From an uncultured bacterium (lineage in GTDB: Bacteria > Chloroflexota > UBA5177 > JANWHV01), in assembly GCA_963827235.1 (NCBI GenBank), contig CAWHAE010000016.1:1156002-1220001 (forward strand): DNA of 64,000 nt. The letters run 5' to 3'. The notes beneath the pieces were generated by a model. That model saw only the letters and a program-made list of their open reading frames with translations. It did no database searches and was not told where the DNA came from. A program made the translations under genes and the position numbers. Shown here in pieces: positions 48,290-59,628 of this stretch (position 1 is its first letter; each line of letters begins with the position of its first letter).

Positions 48290-51010
48290 CTATTGTGCAG
48301 ATTCCGGTGTGTCGTGCAGCACCAAGGCTACGGCCTCCTCAAGCGGAAGAGCCCGCCCCGCCTCCCAGGCCGCGGCGAACGCTTCTTCTCTCAGTGTCTC
48401 ACGTGTGGTCCGGATTGCCTGCTCGTGGCCCGCGCGCAGCACAAGGTGCAGGGTTTGACCGAGCGTCGCGCGGAGCGCTTCGGCTGCCCCACCCAGTCGG
48501 GCCGCTCGCGTCGCCTTGCCTTCAGCCGAGTCGAGCCAGGCCATACCCTCCAGGGCCTCGGCGAGCAGGCCTCGCGCGCCGATGTCCTGGCCGAGCGCGA
48601 CGGCTTCTCGGAGATAGCCCGTCGCCCGCCCATACTCACCTCGCGCCTGCACCACGCAACCCAAAGCAGTCAGCAGCCAGACCACGCCCCAGCGATAGTC
48701 GACCCGGCGCCAGCGCTCCAAAGCCTCCTCTTGAAGCGCCGCGGCCTATGCGTAGTCACCCTGCAGATACGCCGCCCAGCCCAGATGGCCGAGCGCATGG
48801 GAGATGCCAACGAAGAACCCCGTCTCCCGTGCCATGGCCATGCTCTCCTCCATGAGCGCCGTGGCCCGCTCGACCTCTCCGAGCGCCAGCAGGCACCAGC
48901 CCAGCTTCGTCAGCACCCAGGCCACACCAAGCGTGTTCCCCACCTCGCGCCACCGCACCAGCCCGTCCTCGAACAGCGCTGCCGCGCGCTCGTAGGCGCC
49001 GCTCCGCTCCAGCACCCACGCCTACGTGCACGAGGGAATAGGCGACGCCATCACCATTTCCCGCCTCGCGGTAAAGGATCTTGGCTTCCTCGAAGCCGAC
49101 TGCCGCCTGCTGATACTCACCACGCATGAAGGCATCCAAAGCGAGCTGGAGCAGTGTCTCGGCGGCGCCAACCCGATCGCCCAGCCTGCGATAGCGGGCG
49201 AGGGCTTCCTTCTGCAGAACTCGGGCCCGGGCGCCGTCGCCATGCAGCTCCACCACGACCCCCAGGTGGTGCAGGGCCAGGGCGATGCCGCTGGAGTCGT
49301 CCAACGTGCAATAGAGGGACAGGCCTTGCTCGCCGTACCGACACGGCACGGGCAAGGTCGCCCTGCTTGTGGGCCAAGTCGCACGCCTGTACCAGCGCCA
49401 GTGCGCGGGCCGCGGCCAATCCCTGCGTGCCCGCCGCCAGAGCGCCTTCCAGCCAGCCCAGGCCTTCGCCAAGGTAGTCGTGCACCTGCCAGTAGCGCGC
49501 CAGCGCTCCCGTCAGTCGCAACCCCTCCTCGCCCGGCGCCGCGTTCTCGTGCCCAGCGCAGCGCGGCGCGCAGGTTGTCGTGCGCCGCGTCGAGCCGCTG
49601 AAGCCACGTTATCTGCGCCGCGTCCCACAGGTGCGGGGCTGCCTCCTCGGCCAGGGCCAGGCACCAAGCCAGATGCTGGTCGCGCACATTGTCTAGCTTG
49701 CCGGTCGCCGCCAGCCGTTCCTCTCCGTACTGCCGCACGGTCTCCAGCAGCCCGTAGCGCACTTCTCCGTCTGCTCCGTCGGTCTGGACCAGCGACTTGC
49801 TCACCGGGTTGCCGAGCAGGTTGACGATCTCCCACCGCTCCACGCCTGGCCCGGCGCAAACCGCCTCTGCCGCGACAAGCGTCCAGCCGCCGGCGAAAAC
49901 ACTCAGGCTATCGAGAAGGACCTGCTCGGCATCCCGCAGCAGGTCGTAGCTCCAGTCCAGCGTAGCGCGCAGGGTCTGTTGGCGGGCCAGGGCCGTGCGC
50001 GGGCCGCCGGTTAGCAAGCGGAAGCGGTCGTCGAGTCGGGCGGCAATCCCGGCAACGCCCAGGCCGTCTATCCGTGCGGCCGCCAGCTCAAGCGCCAGCG
50101 GAATGCCGTCCAGGCGACGCGCAAATCTGGGCGACCGCCTGCGCGTTCTGCGCCGTGATCGCGAGGTCCGGTCGCAGCTCCCGCGCCCGCGCCAGGAAGA
50201 GCGTCACCGATGCGGCATTCTCTGCCAGCATCTCGGGCGGGGGCAGGCGGGCCAGGTCGGGGACGGGTAGGGAGGGGACGCGATAGCGCTGCTCCCCCGC
50301 TACTCCCAGCCCCTCGCGATTGGTGGCCAGCACGCGCATACCGGGACAGCGCTGCAGCAGCCCTTCCACCACCTCGGCGCAGGCGGCGATGAGATGCTCG
50401 CAGTTGTCCAGCACCAGCAGCAACTGCTTCTCCTGCAGATAGCCGCTCAGGGTAGCCAGCAGGGATCGGCCGGCTTCCTCGGGCGTGCCTAGCATCTCAA
50501 GCACGGTCTGGGCGACCAAACGGGCTTCAGCCAGGGCAGCCAGCTCTACCAGCCAGACGCCGTCCACAAACCGGTCTCCTACGTCGCGCTACTGCGAGGG
50601 CCAGGCGTGTCTTACCCACACCGCCGCTGCCGGTGAGCGTCACGAGGCGCGCCTGGTCCAGGAGGGCGACGACCTCAGCCCGCTCCGCTTGCCCCGAATC
50701 AGGCGCAGAGCACCAGAGGCACATTATGCCGGGACGCTGGGCGTCGCAGTGTAGAAGGAGTGGCCAATCGCCGGGCCGTGGGTCGGCGCGGGGCCGGTGT
50801 GCCCGCGGCAAGGAAGAAGACGCGCTCCCCCTTCGGCAAGGCCAGTGTGTCCGCCAAGCGGTGCAGCGTCTCGCGCTGAGGCCGGTTCTCCCCACGCTCG
50901 AGGGCTTGGATGCTGCGCACGCCCAGCCCGGCTCGTTCGGCCAGCGCCTCCTGCGTCAGCCCAGCCGCGAGCCGGTACTGCCGAAGCAGCTCGGCGAATA
51001 GCCCGGCCAT
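48290..51010 (-). CDS. XRE-HTH + NB-ARC-like STAND ATPase + TPR regulator (multiple frameshifts)
   Basis: FAELLRQYRLAAGLTQEALAERAG; LTGSGGVGKTRLAL; LVLDNCEHL; RQQTLRATLDWSYDLL; TPR C-terminus across ORF fragments. Confidence 0.8.
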
Positions 51011-51435
51011 CGGTGCGGCACCCCCTCCGTTCCGGCAGCCCGCGTCCCGCAACCGCGCCTGCCGCGGGCGACCTCGTAGAGGTCAGGTCGTCGGGTGGGC
51101 GGTGTTCTAAGCACGTAGCCAAAACTCTGGCGCGGTTTTCGCGTAGGGGCGAATTGCATTCGTCCGTGGTGCCCCTGAGCGGATGTATGCACTACACCCC
51201 TTCAGATGCGGGCGTCGAATCCGTGCCTAACCTTTGATCATGTGCTTAGCCCCATAATACCAGGCGTGGCTGAAGCCGCCCTGACGCGCGACCGGCAAGA
51301 CTGACGCGATTGCGCCAGTTTCGCGGCTAAGATCGCGGGTTCGCGTGGTGCACACGGCAAGCCCGACACAAACTGGTAGCCATGAGAGGTCCACACGGCG
51401 CAGGCCGTAGAGCAGAGCAGAAGGGAACAATCACC

Positions 51436-51738
51436 ATGTACCAGTCGGTGCTCGTGCAGCATGCGGAGAGTTGCCGGTACCACGCCGGCCAGGAGGAGTT
51501 TACGGTCCACGTCCTGTCCTCGCGTCACGCGGACGAAGGCGTGCCCACGGTGCTCCTGGAGCGTCAGGACAATCCTGCAGCCAGTCTCGCGCCGGCTGGC
51601 GGTCTGCGCGAGGAGCTTTGCAGGATGGCAAGGCAGGTTCGCGCGTACTGGCGGGCTCCGATGCCGACGCGGCCTGCCGGCAACGCCGCTGCACCGGCTG
51701 CCGGCGGATCCCTGGACGACTGGGCTACCGGCACGTGA
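51436..51738 (+). CDS. Small hypothetical protein
   Basis: AAGGGA RBS, MYQSVLVQHAESCRYHAG..., 100 aa. Confidence 0.45.
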   Translation: MYQSVLVQHAESCRYHAGQEEFTVHVLSSRHADEGVPTVLLERQDNPAASLAPAGGLREELCRMARQVRAYWRAPMPTRPAGNAAAPAAGGSLDDWATGT

Positions 51739-51934
51739 GGGCGTGCACGTGCATTCAGCCAGGGGCAGCGCCATCCGCGGCAGAGCAACTCTGCGCAAAT
51801 GGACCAAATGGACCGGTCTGCTCTGACAACTTCGGCGTCACATACAATGCTGGTTGCGAGGCGTGTCGAAGCTGACTGCGGAGCGGGCCAGACCAGCGAC
51901 TAGGCCCCGTACACGTTTGGCAAGGGAGACGTGC

Positions 51935-54900
51935 ATGGAGCCAGCCGCTCGCGCAATGGCCCGCGGCGCCGCTACGCTGCCCGACGCAGGTACGTTGACC
52001 TTCATGTTCACCGATGTGGAAGGCAGTACCCCGCTCTGGGAGCGGCACGAAGGCATCATGCGCGCCGTCACCGCCCGCCACGACGCGCTGCTGGACGCCA
52101 TCATTGGCGCGCACGGCGGGCAACGGGTGCGTGAGCGCGGCGAGGGCGACTCCATCTTCGCCGTGTTCGTGCAGCCCGGCGGCGCGGTGACGGCGGCACT
52201 GGCAATGTCGCAGGCGATGCAAACCGAGCCGTGGCCGGCCGAGACCCCTATCCGCATTCCGCATGGGGCTGCATACCGGCAGTGCCCAAATGCGGGCCGG
52301 CGACTACTATGGGCCCGTCGTGAACCGCTGTGCACGGATCCGGGGGCTCGGTCACGGTGGCCAGATCCTGCTCTCGGCAGCCACCGCGTCGCTCGTTCAG
52401 GGCGTGCTGCCGGCGAAGGCGAGCCTGCGCTCACTGGGTGCGCACAGCCTGAAGGGTATTTCCGAGCCCGAGGAGGTGTTCCAGCTCTGCCATCCCGACC
52501 TCCCGGGGGACTTTCCCCCACTGCTCTCCCCGCAAGCGCCCCGTCACAACCTGCCGCTTGCGCTTTCCAGTCTGATCGGGCGGGAAGCGGAGCAGGGCGA
52601 TGTGTTGGCCCTTCTGGCAACAGCGCGGCTGGTCACACTGACCGGGAGCGGCGGCGTGGGCAAGACTCGCCTGGCGCTGGCGGTGGCCGCCGAGCTGATG
52701 GACCAGTATGCCGACGGCATCTGGCTGGTCGAGCTTGCACCCTTGAGCGAGCCATCGCTCGTCCCCGCTGCCGTGGCGCAGGTACTGGGAGTGCGTGAGG
52801 AACCGAGCCGTCCGTTGACGGCTACCCTGGTCGACCACTTAAAGGACAAACGCCTGCTCCTATTCCTGGACAATTGCGAGCACCTGGTGGCGGCCTGCGC
52901 CGATCTCGCGGCGGCGCTGCTCCGCGCCTGTCCCGGGCTCAGCATGCTGGCCACCAGTCGCGAGGGCCTGGAAATCGCCGGGGAGCAGCGCTGGCGGGTA
53001 CCCTCCCTCTCCGTCCCCGACCCCAGGCACCTGCCCCCACCCGAGCTGACCGGCAGCTTCGAGGCCGTACGGCTCTTCGTGGCTCGGGCCAAAGAGCGGC
53101 ACGCCGACTTCGCGCTCACGGCCCAGAACGCGCGGGCCGCTGCGCAGATCTGCGCTCGCCTGGATGGCATCCCGCTGGCCATCGAGCTTGCGGCCGCGCG
53201 CATGCCGGCACTTGGCGTGGAGGGCCTCGCCGCCCGGCTGGACGACCGCTTCAGCCTGCTCACGGGCGGCTCCCGCGACGCCCTACCCCGGCAGCGGACG
53301 CTGCGCGCGGCGCTGGCCTGGAGCTATGACCTGCTGACGGAGCAGGAACAACTGCTCCTCGATCGACTCTCTGTCTTCGCGGGCGGCTGTACGCTCGCCG
53401 CGGTGGAAACCGTGTGCGCGGGAGACGGCGTCGAGAAATGGGAAATGCTCGACCTGCTGGGTGGCCTGGTCAACAAGTCGCTGGTGCAAACCGAGGAGCG
53501 ACAGGGTGGTGAGATGCGCTACACCCTGCTGGAGACGGTGCGACAGTATGGGCAAGAGCGGCTGGCGGCTGGCGACACGGCGGAGGGTCCACAGGACCGG
53601 CACCTGGCTTGCTTCCTGGCGCTCGCCGAGGAGGCGGCGCCGCAGATCGCCGGACCGGAGCAGGCGGCGTGGCTGGAGCGGCTGGAAATCGAGCACGACA
53701 ATCTGCGAGCTGCTCTGGGCCGGGCAGTGGATCATGAGCGTTCCACCCTGGCACTGAACCTGGTTGGAGAGTTGTGGAGTTTCTGGTCCGCTCGCGGCCA
53801 TCTGAGCGAGGGCCGGCGCTGGCTGGATCTCGCGCTCGCAATGCCAGGAAGCGGCCTGGACGCCGATGAGGCAGTGGCGCGGCTCGTGGCGCTGCACGGC
53901 GCCACGATGCTGGCTATCGGACAGGCCGACCTCCCGCACGCAACGGAGCTCGCGGCACTGAACATGACTCAGGCACGGGCACTTGGTGATCCTGGGCATC
54001 TGGCGCGCGCCCTGGACGTCCAGGGGCTGCTGGCGCGATTGCAGGGAGACCATACCCAGGCTATTGCCGTGCACCAGGAGGCGCTAGCTCTGGCACGGCA
54101 GACTATGGACAGGGTCCTGATGGCTGATGCATTCCTCGCGCTAGCGATGGATTTTGGCTTCGCCGGCGATTTTGAGCGATCCGATCCACTATTCGCGGAA
54201 GGCCTGGCCCTCTGTCGTGCCGTCGGCGACAGACGGCGCGTGGCGGACCTGCTCTGCAGTCTTGCCCTGCAGGCCACCATGCGTGGGGCACATGTGCAGG
54301 CGGAGACGAGGGCAAGGGACGCCGCGGCACTCTTTCGCGAGCTCGGCGATAGCGGTAACCTGGCGCAGGCACTGATGGTACTCGGCATAGCCATGACCTG
54401 GCAGGGTGCGCATGCAGAGGCGCGCACGCACCTGGAGGAGAGCCTGGCACTGCGTCAGGAGCGCGGTGATCGACATGGTGCCGGCTACTCGCTTTCGGCG
54501 CTTGCTCTAGCCAGATTGCTGGAAGGGGAAATCGACGCCGCAATGGCTCTGGCCGAAGACGGCCTCGCACTGCTGCGCGAAAGTGGCGACCGTGCGCAGC
54601 AAGCAATCGACCTTGCCTTCTTGGCGCATGGAGCCATTTGGCGCGAGCACCGCGAGCGTGCGGTGGAGTTGTTGGTAGAAAGCCTCACCCTCTACAAGGC
54701 CATGGGCGCCCGCCGGTTCCTACCGTGGGTCTTCGAGGGGACGGCGCGCATTATGGCTGGGCGCGCGGAGTTGACGTCCGCCGTACGGTTCTACAGTGCG
54801 ATGGCTAACGAAGCGCAAGCGACTGGATTTAGCTGGGTACCACTCAACCGGCCTGCCTGCGAGGAAACGATGGCGACCGCAAAGCGGGAGCTCGGGAGCG

Positions 54901-54986
54901 CGACATTTGCAGAAGAGTGGGCGGCGGGCGAGGCCATGACACCGGACGGGGCCATAGCGCTCGCGCTCGAGAGCTTGGGCCGCTGA
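51935..54986 (+). CDS. Class III nucleotidyl cyclase + STAND ATPase + TPR protein (frameshift near 52258)
   Basis: TFMFTDVEGST, GEGDSIFAVF, GLHTG, DYYGPVVNRCARI; [32 protein letters not shown]. Confidence 0.88.
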
Positions 54987-55059
54987 CAGCCAGCACATTC
55001 CAGAGTACCCCACGTCCCGTCGAGAGGTAATCGAAGCACAGGCATGAGGAGGAAACCCG

Positions 55060-55600
55060 GTGGCCGAACCTATCGCCGTTCCATCCTGCCGCGCCGATGT
55101 GCTGGCAGATTCTGGCTGTCATGCGGGCCGCCGCCGAGCGGCTCTTCAGCTGCGTGTCCGACGCCGACTGGCGGCGCCATAGCGCCAATCCCGGCTGGAC
55201 CGTCGGCGAGGTGTTGACCCACCTCACGTGGAGCCTCGAACAAGTGCCGCGCGAGGTAGAGAGTGCGCGACGAGGTCGCGGCATGTACAATCTGCCCCGC
55301 CTCGTCCGCGACCCGCTCAGCACGGTCGTCACCCGTATGCTTGCGCGCCGTTATACACTGCGAAGGCTTGCCCGGCAGTATGACGCCGCGTATGCGGCGG
55401 CCCTGCACACGCTCGACGGCGTTGGCGACGATGAGTGGCGACGCGGAGCCTCCTTCTACGGCGAAGGCTTTAGGGATATTGAGGCGCTCTTCCGGGAGCA
55501 GGCGCGACACCTCGAGGAGCACGGGCGAGACATACGGGCCGTCCTTCTGCGGGCGGCGGAGGACTCACCGGCGAGTGACTTGGCCGTGGAGTCGGTATAG
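55060..55600 (+). CDS. DinB/MDMPI-N family protein (probable early frameshift)
   Basis: DADWRRHSANPGWTVGEVLTHL...ARHLEEH; GAGGAGG RBS before GTG at 55060. Confidence 0.7.
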
Positions 55601-55662
55601 GGCCCAGCTCGGGTCTCAGCGTCCATCATTGCAGGAACTCCGCGAATGCCGGCGCCATAGCT

Positions 55663-58600
55663 CTACTGACCCAGCAGCTCGTGCTCGACGCGCTCGACGT
55701 CCTTTGAGGCGCCCAGCCGCCGGAAGATGGCCAGCGCCGCGTCAAGTCGTGCGCGCGCGGCCGCCGTTTCGCCGCGCGCCCTGTGCAGCCGGCCGTAGAC
55801 CTGGAGCAGGCGCCCCTCTCCGTGGGGATAGGGCATGCTCCGCGCCACGGCGAGGCCGTCCTCCAGCGCGCTTGCAGCATCGTCCCAGCGTGCCTGCGCA
55901 ATCGCCGCCAGCGCCTGGACGCGCAGCGCGTGGGCCAGGCCCAGCCGGCAAAGGCCAACGCGTCCGCGCCTCACGGCTTCTGCCGCCGTGGCAGCGGCTC
56001 GATCGACTTCGCCGAGCTCCAGCTCGGCCCAGGCCAGCATCGGCAGGACGTACTGCGTGACGACTCGTTCTTCGAGCCCCGATCGGTCCAGAAGGGGGAG
56101 AAGCCGCGCCTTGGCCGCCGCCGGCTCCCCGGTGAGGATGTCGCGCTCGGCCAGGTGCCCGTGGGCCACCCGCCGCAGGTTGTCGTTGCCGGTCTCGGCG
56201 TAGGCGGTCAAGCTCTCCTCCAGGTAGCGGGTCGCCTCCTCCCACGCCCCCTCGGCCGTGCACAGCCGTCCAAAGTCCATCCGGCACGCCGTATACCAGG
56301 TACCTTCGGTGAGCCCGAGCTCGGCAGTTGTGGCGATCGCTTTCTCCAGACACGCGTGCGCCCCCGGCCAGTCCCCGGTCAACAACGAGCTCAAGCCCAG
56401 GCGCACCATGCTCCAGACGCTGAGCAGCGGATGGCGCAGGCGCTCTGCCAGCTCGAGCGCGCGCTCGGCACACCGGCGATCTTGCTCGTACTCGCCACGC
56501 TCCTCGTGGATCCACGCCAGGATCGCGAGGGGCACGACGAGCGCTGCGGGGTCACCACTCGCTTCGGCGTGCCGCAGCGCTTCTTCTTGGGCTTGCAGCG
56601 CCTCATCGCTGCGGTTGAGAGACAAGAGGAACGAGCCGAGACTCTGCTGGATAGAGGTCAAAACCTCGTCATCGCCTGCGGCGCGCGCGGCGGCGACTGC
56701 GTGCTCGGCCGCCGCCAGCGCCTCGGCATATCGCCCGTCGTCGAGGTAGATCCCCGCCAGCGCGTTGTAGACCAGCGCAAGACTGGAGGACGGGCCATGA
56801 GACTCCAGCTGCGCCACGATAGGCTGCAGACGGGCCAGGCCCGACTTCGTCGCTCCTCGGGCTACCTGGACGCCCGCTATCTGCGCCTCTATCCGGCCCA
56901 GACCATTCAGGTCTCCGGCCTGGCGCAGCGCGGCCGCGACTCCCTCCAACGCCGCCTGCTGGGCATCAAAGCGCACGGTGCTGGCCAACGCCTGACCCAG
57001 CTTCTGGCCCGCGCGTGCCAGGTCGGACATGCGGCCTAGCCCCTCCAGGCAGTCGACTAGATCCCGATAGTGCTCGGCCGCCGCGGCATACGCATAGCGC
57101 GCCACTGCCAGATCGCCCGCCTGCTCCAGATAGACCGCGGCTCGCGGCTGCTCGCCTGCCTGGCGGAAGTGGTAGGCCAGCGCCTCTACGGGCGGTGTTT
57201 CGCGCTGCTGTTCCAGCGACTCGGCCACGCGCCGGTGCAGGAGACGGCGCCTTGCCGGCTGCAGGCTGCCTTCGATAGCCTCGCGGACCACGTCGTGCAC
57301 GAAGCCATAGCTATCCACCCCCACTTCCTCGAGCAGGCCAGCGTGGCAGGCCCGCTCCAGGGCTTCGAGCATATCCTGTTCGGATCGAGCCAGCACGGCC
57401 AGGAGCAGTGTGCGGGAGGCCACGCGACCTATCACGGCGGCCACTGCCAACAGCTCGCGCGCCGGCTCGGGCAGCGCCAACACCCGCCGCTGAATACTCT
57501 GCCCAAGGTCCCAGGGCAGGTCCCCGGGCGCCTCCTCGCCTGCTTCCTCGCGCTCCAGGCCGGATGCGTAGCTGACCAGGTAGAAAGGCACCCCGCCGGT
57601 GCGCCGCGCGATGTGCGCCGAGAGCACGTCTGCGGTCCGAGTGCCTAGCAGGCGTCCGAGGAGGTCCTGCGCGTCCTGTTGCACCAACGGCCGCAGGCGA
57701 TGCTGGAGCGCAGCGTGCCGCTCGGCCAGCTCGGCGAGGAGGATAAGCAGAGGATGCTCCGGCTCCACGTCGGTGTCGCGATAGGCTCCGATGACGCGCA
57801 CGGGAGACGACGGTGTGCGATGCAGCATGGAGGCCAGCAGCTGCAGCGCATCGCTCTCCGCCCACTGCAGATCGTCCAGTACCAGGAGCGTGCCGGCTCG
57901 TCCGGCCACGTTGACGAGAAACTGCTGCACGGCGTCGAACATCAGCCGCCGCTCCTGGAGGGGCGGCAACGGCCAGGTCGACAGCGGCACGATCTCGTCA
58001 GCTGCCAGCTCGGGGAGCATGCGCGCAAGCCAGGCACATCCGCGAAGATCGTGCCGGCGCTGTTCTGGTGTGCAGCCGACTATCTGCCACTGCAGTGCTT
58101 GCAGCACCGGGGCAAAAGGCTGCTGGCCTCCGGCGCGGGTGCAGCCGCCCTGCAGCACGCGCCAGCCCGTGGCACGGGCGCGCTCGGCCGCTTCCTGCAG
58201 CAGGCGCGACTTGCCGATGCCGGGCGGCCCGGCCAGGATCAGCACAGGAGGACCCTGGCCGGCGAGGTGGCGATCCAGCACAACCAGCTCTCGACCGCGG
58301 CCGATGAGCGGCACGGCCTGCTCGGCCTGCAACCGCACGGGCCACACGGCAGGAGGCTCCCGACCATCGGACGATATGGCGTCCGGGATCTCGGTCACCG
58401 GCTGGATGCGGTCGGGCGCAGACTCGGCTACGGCGTGATCGCGGTCGGCCGGCTTGCGCGGGGCCGGCGGGCCAGCCGCGAGCAGCCGGCCGCGCTCGTC
58501 GTCCACGAGTCCGAGCCCATCCGCGAGCCGGCGCAACGTCTCCCTGAGTGGCCGGCTCTCGCCGCGCTCGAGCGCCTGGATGCTGCGCACGCCCAGCCCG

Positions 58601-58692
58601 GCTCGCTCGGCCAGGGCCTCCTGCGTGAGCCCTGCTGCCAGCCTGTAGTCCCTGAGCAACGAACCGAATGAGCTCGACGGTGCTTCAGCCAT
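55663..58692 (-). CDS. XRE-HTH + AAA/STAND ATPase + TPR regulator
   Basis: FGSLLRDYRLAAGLTQEAL; GPPGIGKSRL; LVLDDLQWA; paralog of 40411-43338. Confidence 0.92.
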   Translation of the reverse strand: MAEAPSSSFGSLLRDYRLAAGLTQEALAERAGLGVRSIQALERGESRPLRETLRRLADGLGLVDDERGRLLAAGPPAPRKPADRDHAVAESAPDRIQPVTEIPDAISSDGREPPAVWPVRLQAEQAVPLIGRGRELVVLDRHLAGQGPPVLILAGPPGIGKSRLLQEAAERARATGWRVLQGGCTRAGGQQPFAPVLQALQWQIVGCTPEQRRHDLRGCAWLARMLPELAADEIVPLSTWPLPPLQERRLMFDAVQQFLVNVAGRAGTLLVLDDLQWAESDALQLLASMLHRTPSSPVRVIGAYRDTDVEPEHPLLILLAELAERHAALQHRLRPLVQQDAQDLLGRLLGTRTADVLSAHIARRTGGVPFYLVSYASGLEREEAGEEAPGDLPWDLGQSIQRRVLALPEPARELLAVAAVIGRVASRTLLLAVLARSEQDMLEALERACHAGLLEEVGVDSYGFVHDVVREAIEGSLQPARRRLLHRRVAESLEQQRETPPVEALAYHFRQAGEQPRAAVYLEQAGDLAVARYAYAAAAEHYRDLVDCLEGLGRMSDLARAGQKLGQALASTVRFDAQQAALEGVAAALRQAGDLNGLGRIEAQIAGVQVARGATKSGLARLQPIVAQLESHGPSSSLALVYNALAGIYLDDGRYAEALAAAEHAVAAARAAGDDEVLTSIQQSLGSFLLSLNRSDEALQAQEEALRHAEASGDPAALVVPLAILAWIHEERGEYEQDRRCAERALELAERLRHPLLSVWSMVRLGLSSLLTGDWPGAHACLEKAIATTAELGLTEGTWYTACRMDFGRLCTAEGAWEEATRYLEESLTAYAETGNDNLRRVAHGHLAERDILTGEPAAAKARLLPLLDRSGLEERVVTQYVLPMLAWAELELGEVDRAAATAAEAVRRGRVGLCRLGLAHALRVQALAAIAQARWDDAASALEDGLAVARSMPYPHGEGRLLQVYGRLHRARGETAAARARLDAALAIFRRLGASKDVERVEHELLGQ

Positions 58693-58762
58693 GGTCACCT
58701 TCACGGCTGCGCGGCTATCCCTTTAGCCTACCAGACTGAGCGAGACGATACGGAACATCGCT

Positions 58763-59464
58763 CTACCGCGCCCGAGCCTCGAGCGCCGCTGGGTCGCAGA
58801 GCGTGATGCGCAAGGAGTGGTCGATGGCGATGATGTCATGGCGCTTGTAGTACATGAGCACGGCGTTGACGCGGGCACGCGTAGCTCCCACCATGGCGGC
58901 CAGGTCGCTCTGTGTCAGGCGGACCGGGATGCGTACCGCGTCCTGAGCCTCCGGCGCCGGCTCACCGCACTGCTCTGCCAGGCTCAAGAGCTGCCGTGCC
59001 ACCCTGCCGTAGAGGTCCAGGGTAGAGAGGGTCAGGATCTGCACGCCGGCCAGTCGCAGCCGGCGGGCCAGGAGGTGCAGCAAGTTCGCGCTCAACAGCG
59101 GCACGGTCTGCAGCCAGGTCGCAAACGTCGATCGGTCGACCCAGAGCACATCGCAGGGCTCCAGGGCCGTCACCGTGGCGGAGCGCGCCTGCCGGTCGAG
59201 CAGACTCATCTCCCCGACCACGTCGCCAGGACCGCGCAGGCCCAGAATCACCTCGCTGCCGTCGGCCTGTGTCAGCGAGATCTTCACGGTGCCGTGCTCG
59301 ATCAGATAGGCCGTCTCGCCCGGCTCCTCGGCCAGGATCAAGGTCGTGCCGGCGGGGACGGTGCGCCGGCGGAACCGTCCGGCGATCGTGGCGAGCTGAG
59401 ATGGTGTGAGACCGGCAAACAGGGGCAGCGCAGCCAGGCTCGCCGGGTCAACCTGCCCATGCAT
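58763..59464 (-). CDS. Crp/Fnr-family regulator with cNMP-binding domain
   Basis: LPLFAGL, GPGDVVGEMSLL..ARSATV phosphate-binding cassette, LTQSDLAAMVGATRARVN HTH. Confidence 0.93.
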   Translation of the reverse strand: MHGQVDPASLAALPLFAGLTPSQLATIAGRFRRRTVPAGTTLILAEEPGETAYLIEHGTVKISLTQADGSEVILGLRGPGDVVGEMSLLDRQARSATVTALEPCDVLWVDRSTFATWLQTVPLLSANLLHLLARRLRLAGVQILTLSTLDLYGRVARQLLSLAEQCGEPAPEAQDAVRIPVRLTQSDLAAMVGATRARVNAVLMYYKRHDIIAIDHSLRITLCDPAALEARAR

Positions 59465-59628
59465 AGCACCCTCCTCCCTGCTCCTAGCCTACCATGCGCC
59501 CGAATGGTCGCGCTGCCTCGCGGAGGTACGGCGCCGGCGAATGACGGCTGGTGCAACCAGGTTATTCCGGGTGAAGTCGGAGAGCGCGCGTCGATGCACT
59601 GGGCGAGATTGTCTTGCAGCGTCAGGCC

